A stretch of DNA of 64,000 nt, taken from Camelus ferus. Taxonomy: Eukaryota. Made by a program: the position numbers and the translations under genes. Under the pieces are notes generated by a model. That model searched no databases and had not been told where the DNA came from. It worked only from the letters and a program-made list of their open reading frames with translations. The stretch lies in assembly GCF_009834535.1 (NCBI RefSeq), contig NC_045704.1, positions 35,774,001 through 35,838,000 of the forward strand. Direction: 5' to 3'. Within the stretch, counting starts at the first letter, position 1, and each line of letters starts with the position of its first letter. Positions 1 through 13,166 of this stretch are shown here, in pieces.

Positions 1-300
1 TGGCTCAGGAAGAGATCAGTAGGGCAGAGAGGATAGTTCAAAAACAGACCCCAATGCAGCTGCAAGGAAGAGATGATCAAATCAGTAGCAAAAGGATACA
101 CTAGTTAGTGGAAAATGTAGAAACTGTTGGCTACCCTTTTGCATATCATATAAAAAATAATTTTCAATTGACTTTCAAATTTCAATTCAAAAGGCCCAGG
201 AACAAAATCAAAGCTGTATAAGAATTTGGAAGAGGAAAATAGGAGAATGCTTATTACTTTGGGGTAGAGATGACTCTTAAATAAGATACCAAAAAGATTG
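1..300 (+). mobile_element. Ancient L1 (L1M/L1ME-like) fragment
   Basis: A-rich sequence resembling the degenerate L1 ORF2 3' region (GAGGAAAATAGGAGAATGCTTATTACTTTGGGGTAG...). Recalled similarity only. Confidence 0.5.
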
Positions 301-433
301 ATAAGTATAAGATTATCTTGCCGTTAAGTCCTCTTAAGCAATGTCCTTAATCTTACTTGATCCTAGAACGGTATGATTATTATACTCATTTTACAGATGG
401 GGCAATAGGGCTTAGGATAATTTGCACGAGGTT

Positions 434-783
434 TGTTAAAAGATAAACTAAGGCATATTAAAAATAAGAGTTTATTTGAGCAAATATCTATTTGAATCGG
501 GCAGCATCCAATATAGCAGATAGGAGCTCCAAGGAGCTGCACAAAATGATGACTTTCACAGCAGAAGGGAGCAGGAACAAAGAAGTTACAATAGGGAAAA
601 AAAGCAAGTTGATTATCGCAGTACCTTTCCTTTAGGGGATGGCTGGGGTCCATCCCTAACTAGTGCTGATCGGGTGACCTGATCGGTTAAAGATTCCATT
701 TCTGGGAGAGCCGAAGTCTCAGTTTGGTGATGAGAGGCTTACATAAGCAACATCATTTTGGGCCTGTTGTCTTGTTTTTAACA
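434..783. mobile_element. Solo LTR (ERV1-like) inserted into a MIR
   Basis: Begins TGTTAAAA (434) and ends TTTTAACA (783), i.e. TG...CA with short inverted termini. The flanks (~380-433 and ~784-850) join into a MIR-like sequence. Confidence 0.55.
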
Positions 784-869
784 AATCACATAGCTAGAAA
801 GTGGTAGAGCCAGGATTTGATTCCAGGCTGTCTGACCAAAGTCTAGGCCCTTACACTTTAAAGGCTTAT

Positions 870-1248
870 CTTCTCTGTTAGCTTCTGGCTTGCCTTGTGT
901 TACAAAAGCATCGAAACAAACCTTAATCACCTCATACTCATCAGGNNNNNNNNNNNNNNNNNNNNNNNNNNNNNNNNNNNNNNNNNNNNNNNNNNNNNNN
1001 NNNNNNNNNNNNNNNNNNNNNNNNNNNNNNNNNNNNNNNNNNNNNNNNNNNNNNNNNNNNNNNNNNNNNNNNNNNNNNNNNNNNTCTGGGTCAAAGGCTT
1101 CTCATTGTATCCTAACATGGCGGAAAGGACTAAGGGCCCTGTGGGGTTTCTTTTATAAAAGCACTAATTCCCTTCATGAGATCTCCACCCTCATGACCTA
1201 AGCACCTCCCAGAGGCCTCAAAGGACACAAACACTCAGACCATAACAG
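870..1248 (-). mobile_element. MLT1 (MaLR) LTR, interrupted by an assembly gap
   Basis: CTAATTCCCTTCATGAGATCTCCACCCTCATGACCTAAGCACCTCCCAGAGGCC...CAGACCATAACA is typical MLT1 sequence. Confidence 0.6.
946..1084. other. Assembly gap (139 N)
   Basis: Run of N. Confidence 1.
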
Positions 1249-1254
1249 ATGACT

Positions 1255-1700
1255 ACTATTTGAAAATGTTGGCAAGCATGTGGAGAAATTGGAACGCTTG
1301 TGCACTGTTGGAGGAAGTGTAGAACTGTTGTTCCGCAAAAAATTAAAAATAGAATTACCTTATGACCCAGCAACTCCACTTCTGGGTCTACACCTAAAAG
1401 AATTGAAAGCCAGGTCTTGAGGCAATAGTTGGAGGGTATTTTAACAGTAGTTACTTAAAACAGTAGCAAATTTAAAACGTACGTGCCGTCCATCCAAAAA
1501 GTTCACTGTACCATGGTTGGTGTCAGCAGAAGCCTCAAAACCAGCTAAATATCCTTCAGGATGGAGGTATTAAAATGGTCATAATGAACAGCTAATAAAA
1601 AGAATGCTATTAGGCTCTGGGTACTGCTATGCAAAGACCTCCACAACTTATCATTAAGTGAAAAAAAAAGTTGCATGTATAGTATAATGCTAATCACATT
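1255..1700 (+). mobile_element. Degenerate L1 3' region fragments
   Basis: GAATTACCTTATGACCCAGCAACTCCACTTCTGGGT...AAAGAATTGAAAGC resembles the L1 ORF2 end/3' UTR. Confidence 0.6.
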
Positions 1701-1711
1701 AAAGGAAATTA

Positions 1712-1952
1712 AAACTCCACATCTGTATATATCATGTATCTATGGGCAAGGATGTCTTTGATGAGCTTGAGCATGATGGTGGTGACAGAGGTGCCCAAGG
1801 GTGTTGCTGATTTGGAAGAAGATCTTGTAGAGGTGGGGCTGCATGTCCCCCGGGCTGGTGTCAGACACCTAGTTGAGCTCCGACCACGTGGGCATCTCGG
1901 GCAGGCACTCATGCTGCTTCATCCCCTCCGTAATGTTGATGATCTTCTCGTG
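1712..1952 (-). pseudogene. Decayed coding fragment (probable retrocopy piece), parent gene not identified
   Basis: Minus strand reads [51 protein letters not shown][+1 frameshift][17 protein letters not shown] with strong GC3 codon bias. One in-frame TAG (+ strand CTA 1869-1871) and one frameshift (~1795-1800). AT-rich flanks, no splice signals. Confidence 0.6.
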
Positions 1953-2384
1953 ATAAATATAAATATTCATTCTATCCCACAATCGAGTGCCTGAATCCAT
2001 CAGCCTCTATTTCTATTGCCATGGTGGCAGGAAACTACCCCCAAGGCAGTCCCTTCTAGTCGTGACCAGCTCTAATTGCAAGAAAGGCCTTTCCCACCCA
2101 CAGCAGAATCTTTATTCCTGGTTCTGCCTTTGGGACTGCAGAGCACAAGTCTAATTTATTCTTTTTGGCATGGTATAAACATCCAGGTGTAGAGTCAGAA
2201 AGTCCTGGGTTCAAATACCCATGCTGCCATTTATAGCTGTGTGACCCCGAGCAGGCCACGGAACTCTTCAGCACCTCATCTGTAAAACGTAGCATTGTGC
2301 AGAGGTCTAAGCGAAGTGAACTCAGAATGCCCTGATGCACACATAGTAGGTGCTGGCTGTTAGGCCCCGTGACTACTAAAGCAG

Positions 2385-2908
2385 ATTCAAGGTACCTGCA
2401 AATGTGTTGACTACTCCCATCAAGACATGGGGTCTTCATCCTTCTTCCCCTTGAATTTAGCGAGGCTCTGTGACTTCTTGACCAATTGAATGTGGTGAAA
2501 GTGACCTGTGCTAGTTTAAAAGACTCACAGCTACCACTCCTGTCTCTTGATACTCTCAACCTTGGAGCCCTGAGCTGAATATAAGGACCCTGACTGCCCT
2601 GAGGCCACCATCTGAAGAGGCCACACGAGGGAGCTCTGGTCTTTAGTTCCAGCTAGGCTCAGCCTTCCAGCCACGCCTGCCAGGATGCCAGACTCGTGAG
2701 TCAAGCAGTCTTAGATCCTCCAGACCAGCCCATCCACCAACTGAATGCCACCAAATGACTTCAGTCAATGATACATGAAAACAAAAGAATTGCCCATATG
2801 AGCCCTTCTCACATTCCTGACCCACAATACCAGGATAGACAATAAAATGGTTGTTGTTTTAAACTGCTAAGTTTTGGGTAATTTTTTGCAAAGTTATAGA
2901 TAATTGGT
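2385..2908 (+). mobile_element. MLT1 (F/G/H-like) LTR
   Basis: Ends AATAAAATGGTTGTTGTTTTAAACTGCTAAGTTTTGGG...ATAGATAA, the characteristic MLT1 3' end. Confidence 0.65.
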
Positions 2909-5759
2909 GTCACCACAGTCCACATATCTGAAGGCAGGTGTTTTCTGCTAGGTTAAACTTGCCCACCCCCTCAGCTGTTTCTCGCATGATGGGGCTTTGA
3001 GTCTTAGGGCCACTGTGATCAACTCTTTCCTAGACTACTGAAGCCCAACAGTGAACACAGCCCTCAGGGTGGTCTGCCCACCTGTGCCAGTTAGGGATCT
3101 ATCCAGAATGATTTGAACAAAAGCAGAAATTTTTGACTCATGGTGGCTTCAGGCTTGGCTGGATCCATGTATTCCAATGATATTGTCAGATTCCATTTCC
3201 TTTACAATGAATTTGTTTTCAGGCTCTTTCTCATGGAGATGAGGGCTGTAAAAACTCAGCTTCACATCCTTTCAGGTTCAAGTGGAAAGAGGATCTGCCA
3301 TTCTCCCAGCATCTCCAGCAGAAGTTCCACTGATTCTCTCTGGTTCATGGCTGGGTGACCCAATCAGAGCCAACTACCCTGGCCAGGGAGCCCATGGATG
3401 GGGCCTATTCCATCCAAGCCATATGGACTAAGAGTAGGGAAGAATGATTCTACAAAGGAAACCTAAGGGTACTGTCACTGGGAAAGGATGAATGAATGAC
3501 TGGGCAGAAGAACCACAAATATCCACCTTAGCAGTTAGAAAGAGATGAAAAATCACCTCCCTCATTCTAGATGACATACTTCTATTAATGCAGGCTAGGG
3601 CCATATCATTGCCTCACACTGATAACTCATACCAGACTTGAAGAGGGGTATCTTTCCTCATCTAATGCCACTTGGCTTCTTTTCCTCACCTCCAACCATA
3701 TGAGGAATGCAAGCATTAGAAATTCCTCCCTCTCTATCTCTGTCCCCCACAAAGTGAGGCTTTCATGGGTACAGAGATTAGCAAAATTGGGCCTGGGCTC
3801 CCCTTCACCTTCGCTGATTGGTCATCTCTCTCCTCAAAGAGTCAAAATGACTCAAGGGAGATGGCTTAGACCTGGAAGCAAATTTTACTGCCAACCCAGA
3901 TGGCCTAACCTCAGGGTGATTCAGTACTTTTCAGGGTGAAAGCAAGCCTTATTGTCTCCTCATAGAGCTGGATTGTTTCACTTGAGTGGACAAGTGACCA
4001 TCTGATTTATTAGAAACCAGAATTTTTGCATATATGTGTACATACGTAAATAACGCCACCACCAAAATCTGCCCACCACCCAAAGAGCAGCCCTTCAGTG
4101 GTCTCAGTCCACAGGGCTACTGGACGCAGTGAGATTTCTGAGACCTTAGCTCTAAAATCCGAGCATGTTTGCATGTGACCTGCAAATGCTAGTTCTCATC
4201 ATTTGACAGACTAGTAAACTGAGGCTCAGGGGAGCCCTTGCACATATGGGCCCCAAGGTCACTCAGCAAGTGAGCGGCAGAGTGACCATTAGAATTTAGT
4301 CCTTTTGACAGTTCAGCTCTCCCGCCCTGCTTGGTGTTTTTATTTGAGTGAGTACACAGGTTCCAGAGTGGTGAAAAGCATTTTTTTTTAACTTTCCTTT
4401 TGTAATTGGCCCAAATGCAAAGAGGCCAGGCCTGGGAAGAAAGGAGACAAGGAAGAGATTACTCCCATTAATTGATTTGACAAATGTTTATTAAGTGCCT
4501 ATTGCAAACTTGGCCCTAGGCTGGGGGCTGGAGACACATCTCAGGGGCAATGACTGCACCTGTTGTTTCCAGTGGCAGGCTGAGGTGCAGAAGGACACAG
4601 ACATCACTCCAAGAACCACACACGTTCCTACATATTACAGCCATGGGAAGTGCCAGGAAGGAAAAGGACAGCCTGGTAAACAGTGTGTTCCACTGGCTTC
4701 CTGACCTAGCACAGGGGTCAGGACAGGATTCCAAGAGGAAGTGACGTTTGAGCTGAGTTATGATGACATTTGCACAAGACTTTACAGTAAATGCTGCCAG
4801 GACTGCCTGTCCTCCGCCCACCTCCTCACTAAACTCCCCACTGCAGCAACCAGCATTCCCTAAGTCCGCCAGGAACCTTCCATTAACCCGCTCCACTGAT
4901 GACACACTCTGGATATTCCCAGGATGATGATCTAAGACCCGTTACACAGCAGCCAAGACACATGCCGGCAGGAAAGCAGGATGTGCCTCTTCAGAGAGGA
5001 ATTTGGACACCACCTCTTCCCCTTAGCACCTCTAGGGAAGAAAGTTCTTGAGGGGTTTTCCCTTCCAAATGCCCCAGGGCACTGCCAACTTTCCAGCCGG
5101 CTGCTTTCTCCAGGGGCTGGAATACAACTCCTCCTCTTCCTCCCCTGCCTGGCAAAGACATTCTCACCCTCAGAGCGAGAAGGCAGTGGCCCACCTCCTG
5201 CCAGACTGGACTGTGTCTCCCTCTCTTTCCCCCCTACCTCCACCCTAGCTATGACCCTGGTATCACTTTTCCTCTTTTACTGTGGTGCTGAGTTTCCTGA
5301 GCACAAGGCTTGTGTCTTCTTGATTCTTATTCTGCCCTGTTGGTGATGCCTACCCTTAGAGGGCCTTCAAGCAGCTGCTGGGCCCACCGATTTGAATCAC
5401 CAGGCTCTGCCAGTTGCTAGCTCTGTGACTTTGGGCAAGTTACTTAATCTCTCTGGACTGCCATTGTCTAAAACGGAAATGAATAGTCCTTACCTCACAG
5501 GGTTGTTAGAGCATTAAATGAGAGCTCGCACATAACACGCTTACTACCTTCCCTATCACACGCTGAAGCACTCGATATACAATATGTCACTAATAACCAT
5601 CCCAAGGGTTTAATATGATGCTACACAATTATTAAGCCTTGACAGGTACAAAGAGTTTTTTTGTAATCTGCCGTGACTTCCATCTGGCTTTCCATCTGAG
5701 CAGAATCCCCGAGACTCGCTTAGATCCGCTCTCTAACTATTCGGGTTCAAGTTACAGGG

Positions 5760-6215
5760 CACGGGGATGGGGGTTGGAGGAGGGGGAAGGCGGTGGCGGG
5801 GGCCGTGCACAAAGCGGAGGGCCGAGGGCGAGGGGGGAGCGGGTGGCTCGGCGCACGGCCCGGCAGCCCTGCATGCGGTGTTCTGTGTTCGCGCTCCCAC
5901 CTGGCCCCTCCCGCGCCAAAGTGGCCCCGGGGCGCACATAGGGCGGCTTCTGGGAACTGGTGCCCGGAGGCTCGTGTGCACATCTTGGCTGGGTGCGCAC
6001 AGCCCCGTGCGCCGCGCGGGCCGCCAGTGACTCAGCGTGGGGCGTGTGCAGGCGGCGCCCGACCCGCGAGGGCTTTTGCACTCGCCCCGGCTTCTTCCCG
6101 TTATAAAGGCAGCCCACCGCGCGCTCCGCTCCAGCACGCCCTTCCATCCAATTACTCGCCACACCTGGTGCATCAGTCTCTGGTCTCCGGACTCCAGCCT
6201 CCGCTTCAGCTCGCC
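5760..6215 (+). promoter_or_regulatory. MT2A: MT2 CpG-rich promoter and 5' UTR
   Basis: TATAAA 6102-6107. MREs (TGCRCNC, either strand) at 6077-6083, 6044-6050, 5993-6000 (palindromic), 5974-5980 and 5930-5936. AP-1/ARE TGACTCAGC 6028-6036. STAT-type TTCTGGGAA 5948-5956. Collinear with the human MT2A promoter as I recall it. Confidence 0.92.
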
Positions 6216-6933
<718 letters not shown>

Positions 6934-7057
6934 AGTCGGGGAGACACTACCCCAGATGTAAATAGAGCAATATGTACAAACTTGCATTTTTTTTTAATTC
7001 AACCTGAACCGTTTGCTAGTCCCCCACCCCACCCCCGCTATAAAATACATGAATGAT

Positions 7058-7063
7058 AATAAA
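7058..7063 (+). terminator. MT2 polyadenylation signal
   Basis: AATAAA about 125 nt after the stop, followed by a GT/T-rich downstream element. Confidence 0.85.
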
Positions 7064-9579
7064 AGTTGTTGGCTTTATTCTGGCTGTTTTCCTTGGCTTG
7101 CCCTCAAGGGCTGGGGGTGGGGGGGTGGGATTGGACTAGAAGTACAGAGATTTGGTTTCTGGATGGAAATGTTAGTCCGTAACAAACTCAGTGCCTTGTT
7201 CAAGCCACATTACCTTACTAAGCTTCATCTTCAGTAAAGCGCAAGAGACTTAGGCCAGATGCCATAAGGGTGTTGGGTAGGTACAGGGTGCCTTCTGTTC
7301 TCATGTCAAGGGTTGATGGCCCAGAAACTTCTCATTCCAGAATTCTCATTCTCCATGGTTTCCCTGCCCAACTTCAGTTTCTCATTAAATTTTAGGCTGA
7401 AAATGACTAAAGGGGTGGAAAACTCCCCACCTGCTTTAATCCAAATAGGACTTCTAAAAAAACCCCTGTGGTGAAGGAACACATTTTATTTCCCATCCAT
7501 TGCAGACCTAAACCTTGGTTAAAAAAAAAAAAAAGTTTAATTACTATAAAAATGCCATAAAAGAACAACACACGGAATATCAATAAATATATGAAGAACA
7601 AATTAAAAAAAATAAAAATTTTAAAACATCCCATATACGTTCATTGAAGGTGTCCACTGAGCACTGGAAACAGTTCACAGACTAACCTCAGAGTGTGGTC
7701 CCCACACACCTTGCATAACACAGCCCCTGGCACCCCAACGGGAACACCAGTCTTTGCTTGCATAGTGCTGCTGACAGGATACCGGCTACCCCTGAGAGCT
7801 CCCTGTGGTGATTTGGCTCTGAATCTTTGGAAGCTCTTCCATTGCTCAGACTGAATCCTGTCCCTCCAAAATCCAGCCGTTGGCTACTTGAAGGCAACAA
7901 AGTGACTAGGGATTTGGAGGGAATTACCCAGCCATTTACCAGCAAGAGGGAGTGTGCCTGAGAATTGGTTCCAGATGGAGTATTTCATCTGCCCACGCTG
8001 GGTGCTGGAAGATTCTCCAGTCTGGAGGGAGTGGTGGTGTTTATTTGGCAGGAGTGAGGTGCTCAGTGACTTGTAATTAATGCCAACGGTTTGTCCCGCT
8101 GGTTATTTGTGGAGGGAATTGCTATTTGATGTAAAATAAAAGGGAAGAATGAGTCACATGAACCAGGAGTCAGGACCATGCTTGCCCACAGGTGCCCTGT
8201 GTGAAGAGGGATTTCAGAAACCAGCCAGTGCTGAGTGCATGGGCACTGATGTCAGGTATCTCAGATAACAGCCTACTTTGTGACAAGAGGTATGGCCTGG
8301 GTAAGTTACCTAACATCGCTGATTCTCAATTTTCCTGTTTGTGAAGAGATTATATCTCATGTGGGGATTAAATGATAGTGTCTTCATTCCCGGCTTAATA
8401 AACACTGGGTGTTATGAACATTATGTCCACACTGGCATTTGTGGAGACTCCTTTTAGCTCCCAACAGACTCTTGGGGAAAGGCTCATTGGTTTAGGAACA
8501 TTACTCTGGGTCGGAGGTTTTAGATGGGATTGGAAATTGGCTGATCCAGTGTCAAAGGGAGTGTGGATGACCTGCCACGAGTCCCCCAGAGACAAGATGC
8601 TGCCATAACATTTGGACAGACTCAGAAGCGAAGCCTTTCCCACCCTCATGTCATTTCATCTGCACAGGAACCAGTGAAGAGTGAATGTGTGGGAGGGTTG
8701 GAGTGATTGTGCCAATTCCAGAGAAGTTAACCAACCTGACCAAGATCACACAACTTGGAGGTCAGAGGTCTGAACCTCTACTACAACTGACCTCAGCCAT
8801 CATCATAGCTGGCAGTTCATGCTGTCTCTGGATGCTAAATCCTGCCTCTCACTTCTCAGAGTTAGGAGGACTTTTCAGGATGGACCAGTTGTGCTCCTGG
8901 CTTGACACATGGGAAACTGAATCCCTGAGAGGTCACAGAGCTATGCAGACTGTCTGCTCAGTGCTCCTCCCACTGCTGCCTCTGTGCTTGCTTTCAGCAT
9001 CCTCATCTTTCATATGAAGTCATAGTGTAGGGACGTAGGTGAGGGCAGGATGCTGCAGTCAGCCTGAATGAGTGCCAATCCCACCTATGTCACTTATGTT
9101 ACATGACATAACCTCTCTGTGGCTTAGTCTCCTACACTGACAAAGGGCAAAATAAAAGCATATGGCTCATAGGTTTAAAGAGTTAGTACATGCAAAGAAC
9201 TTAGTCTGGTGCCTGGTATGTGGTGAGTGGTCTAAAATGTTAGCTATTACTTTATTATCGTTGTTAGTATATTATTATTGTTGTTGTTGTTATATATAAC
9301 ATAGGGAGTATTTATTTACCTCTAGACAAAGAAGCAGTGCTAGAAGCCCTGCTGTCTGTCCTCATCAACCATTTGAGCACATGACCTGTAGTCCAAAGAG
9401 TCAATCAATCACACTTTTCACAAAATTGTAATCAGCACTGGGGGGATTTATACCCCTGAGCACAGTCTATGCCCTTACGGTTCATACACAGAAGGATGCC
9501 TGCCCTGTCTGCTACCACTGGCACCAGTATTTTACTTAACATCTTTCCTTTAGATGATTTATATGTTTTAAAATATATT

Positions 9580-10790
9580 TGTATTAGCATTCTCTAGAGA
9601 AACAGAACCAGTAGGTTGTATACAGATAGATAGATAGCGATCTATTTTAAGAAATTAGCTTATGCAATTGTGGAAGCTGGCATGACTGAAATTTGTAAGG
9701 CTAGCCAGTGGCCTGGAAATTCTGGTCAGAGGTGATGTTGCAATCTGGAGTCTAAAGGCAGTCTGCTGTGTGTAGTATATTGACTATTCCTCAACTAAAA
9801 AATAAAAAATAACCCATAAAAAAATAAATAAAAATAAAGTCAATCTGGTGGCACAATTCCCCCTTCTTCAAGGGACCTTCAAGTTTTTCTCTAAGGTCTT
9901 CACTGACTGGATGAGTGTCTTTCACATTATGAAGCGTTAATTTGCTTTTCTCAAAATCTACTGATTTAAATGTTAACCACATCTAAAAAATACCTTCACA
10001 GCAACATCAGGTTAGTGTTAGACCATTATAGACCACCATTTGTCAACTTGGCACCCATACAACTTCTTAAACCATACTTAATCTCCAAAAAAGACAATAA
10101 CAAGGTCATACTTCTACCTAACACGATACAACTATCCTACCTACAACTGAAAAGTACTGACCCTTTCCCCAAAGGAGGATGCAAAGTCCTTGGGTGATGG
10201 TCACTTTGGTACTTGATATTCTGTAACTTAAATACATAAATAAATAAATACTATGATGTAAAGTCAATACATTCTATGTCAAATGATAAGGGGATAAAAG
10301 AGGGAGGAGAACACAAATATTGCCATATATATATAAAACAAAATAATGAAGAAGTACTCATAAGAGTTATAGTTGTCATTTCTGTTTCTGGACCTGGTCA
10401 CGTGGTCATAGCTGACATTTATAAATACCTTCGACTACCTATTCCATATTCCTTTTGCTGCCTGCATGCAACTCAGTCATTCATGGTTCTTTACCTGGTG
10501 GGGTTACCTAAGTCTTTAAGGGTATGGGCCTTTGGCAGTCCTGCCTTTATTGGGTTGTTAGAGTAATTTTCCATGACTTTAATCACAGGGCAGGGTAGTA
10601 CTAAGAGATGCCCTAAGGGACCCCTCTATTCCATAGCCTTCCGGACCACCATTGTAGAGTCTCACCAATAAGCCAACAGTAGTGGCTGCTTCTTGCAACT
10701 AGCTCCAGTCAGCATAATATCATCAATGTACTGGACCTGTGTGGTGTCTTGTAGAAGCAAAAGGGGGTCTAGGTCCATGAGAACTAAATC
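9580..10790 (-). mobile_element. ERVL remnant: MLT2 3' LTR (~9580-10045) plus 3' internal region (~10045-10790)
   Basis: TGTATTAGCATTCTCTAGAGAAACAGAACC is the reverse complement of the MLT2 3' end. GTCAACTTGGCACCCATAC...CCTTAATCACAGG-like blocks resemble HERV-L internal sequence. Absent from the other spacers. Confidence 0.7.
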
Positions 10791-11469
10791 ATGACATAGG
10801 ACCGGAGACTTGATAAGCGTGAGGCTTATCTCCGTTTAAAAGATTTCAAGCAGTACATTGATGTTGAAGATATAGCAAAGGAAAACTTTGGGCCAAAGGA
10901 AAACTTTATCCTTGGCCTTCTCCTTCCCTTGGGAAGCTGACTGGATTCAGATCCAGTGGCACTATGTCTTATCTCTGGGCTTAGACCCTGGGCAGATTAA
11001 CATACTTGTGACTTACCTTTCCTATCAGTCAAATGGGCTCATAAATAATAATATTCCTCTTTCAGAGTCCTTGTGAGGTTTGAAAGATCAAAAAAATGAT
11101 CAACCAGGTGTGACATACAAAAATGCTGTGTAATGCTCAGTAATACTGAAAGGGAAAAAATCACTTTTCTTGATATGTTAAGTAAGGCTAGATCTGCATA
11201 TCACCTAAAATGACCCCTCCCCTGGGGGCATCCCATTTTCTGAACAGCTCTCCTGGAGTGAGGTGGGCTGGCTAGGCTGTGGAGTCCCTGGAGAGTTTTA
11301 TGCAAAAGATTCAGACAAATGTGCTCATAAGTCCCTTCAGATTTACAGTGGAAGAAGGACAGAAGCAGAAAACAGTGTCTGCCTGGAAATCAAGAACAGA
11401 AAAATAGTGCCAAAAGCCCCTGTGGGCTCAGGGAGAGGAAATGCACTGTGAGGCAAAGGTCACATCCAA

Positions 11470-12007
11470 CGCTGGGCCTCTGCACACAACACCCTCGGGA
11501 CTTTACACCGCTCCCCGTAAGCCGGGGATGTGAGCACAGGCTAGGGCTGCACACGGGCCCTAGGAAAGGACGTAGCTGAGGACAAAGGCACGGGGAACTG
11601 GGGTAGCAAACAGAGCGAGGACAGAGTTCCAGGAAGATCCCAGAACAAAGGTGACTGCCTACCTTGGGAAAATTTGGAAGGGGCGGGCAGGGAGGCTGGG
11701 ACACGGAATGCCGCCCGGCACACAGTCCTTCCGTGAGTTCTAGGGCCAAAGGGACGTCCCAGGCACTGCGCACAGACCCAGCCTTGCTCACAGACCCAGC
11801 CTTGCTCACGGAACCCTGCGCTCCGCCCAGCCAGGTGCGCACAGCCAGGCTGGGCGGGTGCAAGGCAGGGACGGGGCCGCTGCACCCGGGCTGCCTCCTC
11901 AGGGTATAAACATAGTACGCGGGCTCCTGGGCTCCAACACACCTCCCACCAGCAAGTGAATCTTCTTCTCCGCTTGCTTTAGACCTCCGGCCTCACCTTG
12001 CCTCCAA
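11470..12007 (+). promoter_or_regulatory. MT1-a promoter
   Basis: TATAAA 11905-11910. MREs at 11881-11887, 11856-11862 (reverse), 11836-11842, 11817-11823, 11767-11773, 11548-11554 and 11481-11487. GAS TTCCAGGAA 11627-11635. Confidence 0.88.
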
Positions 12008-13166
<1,159 letters not shown>

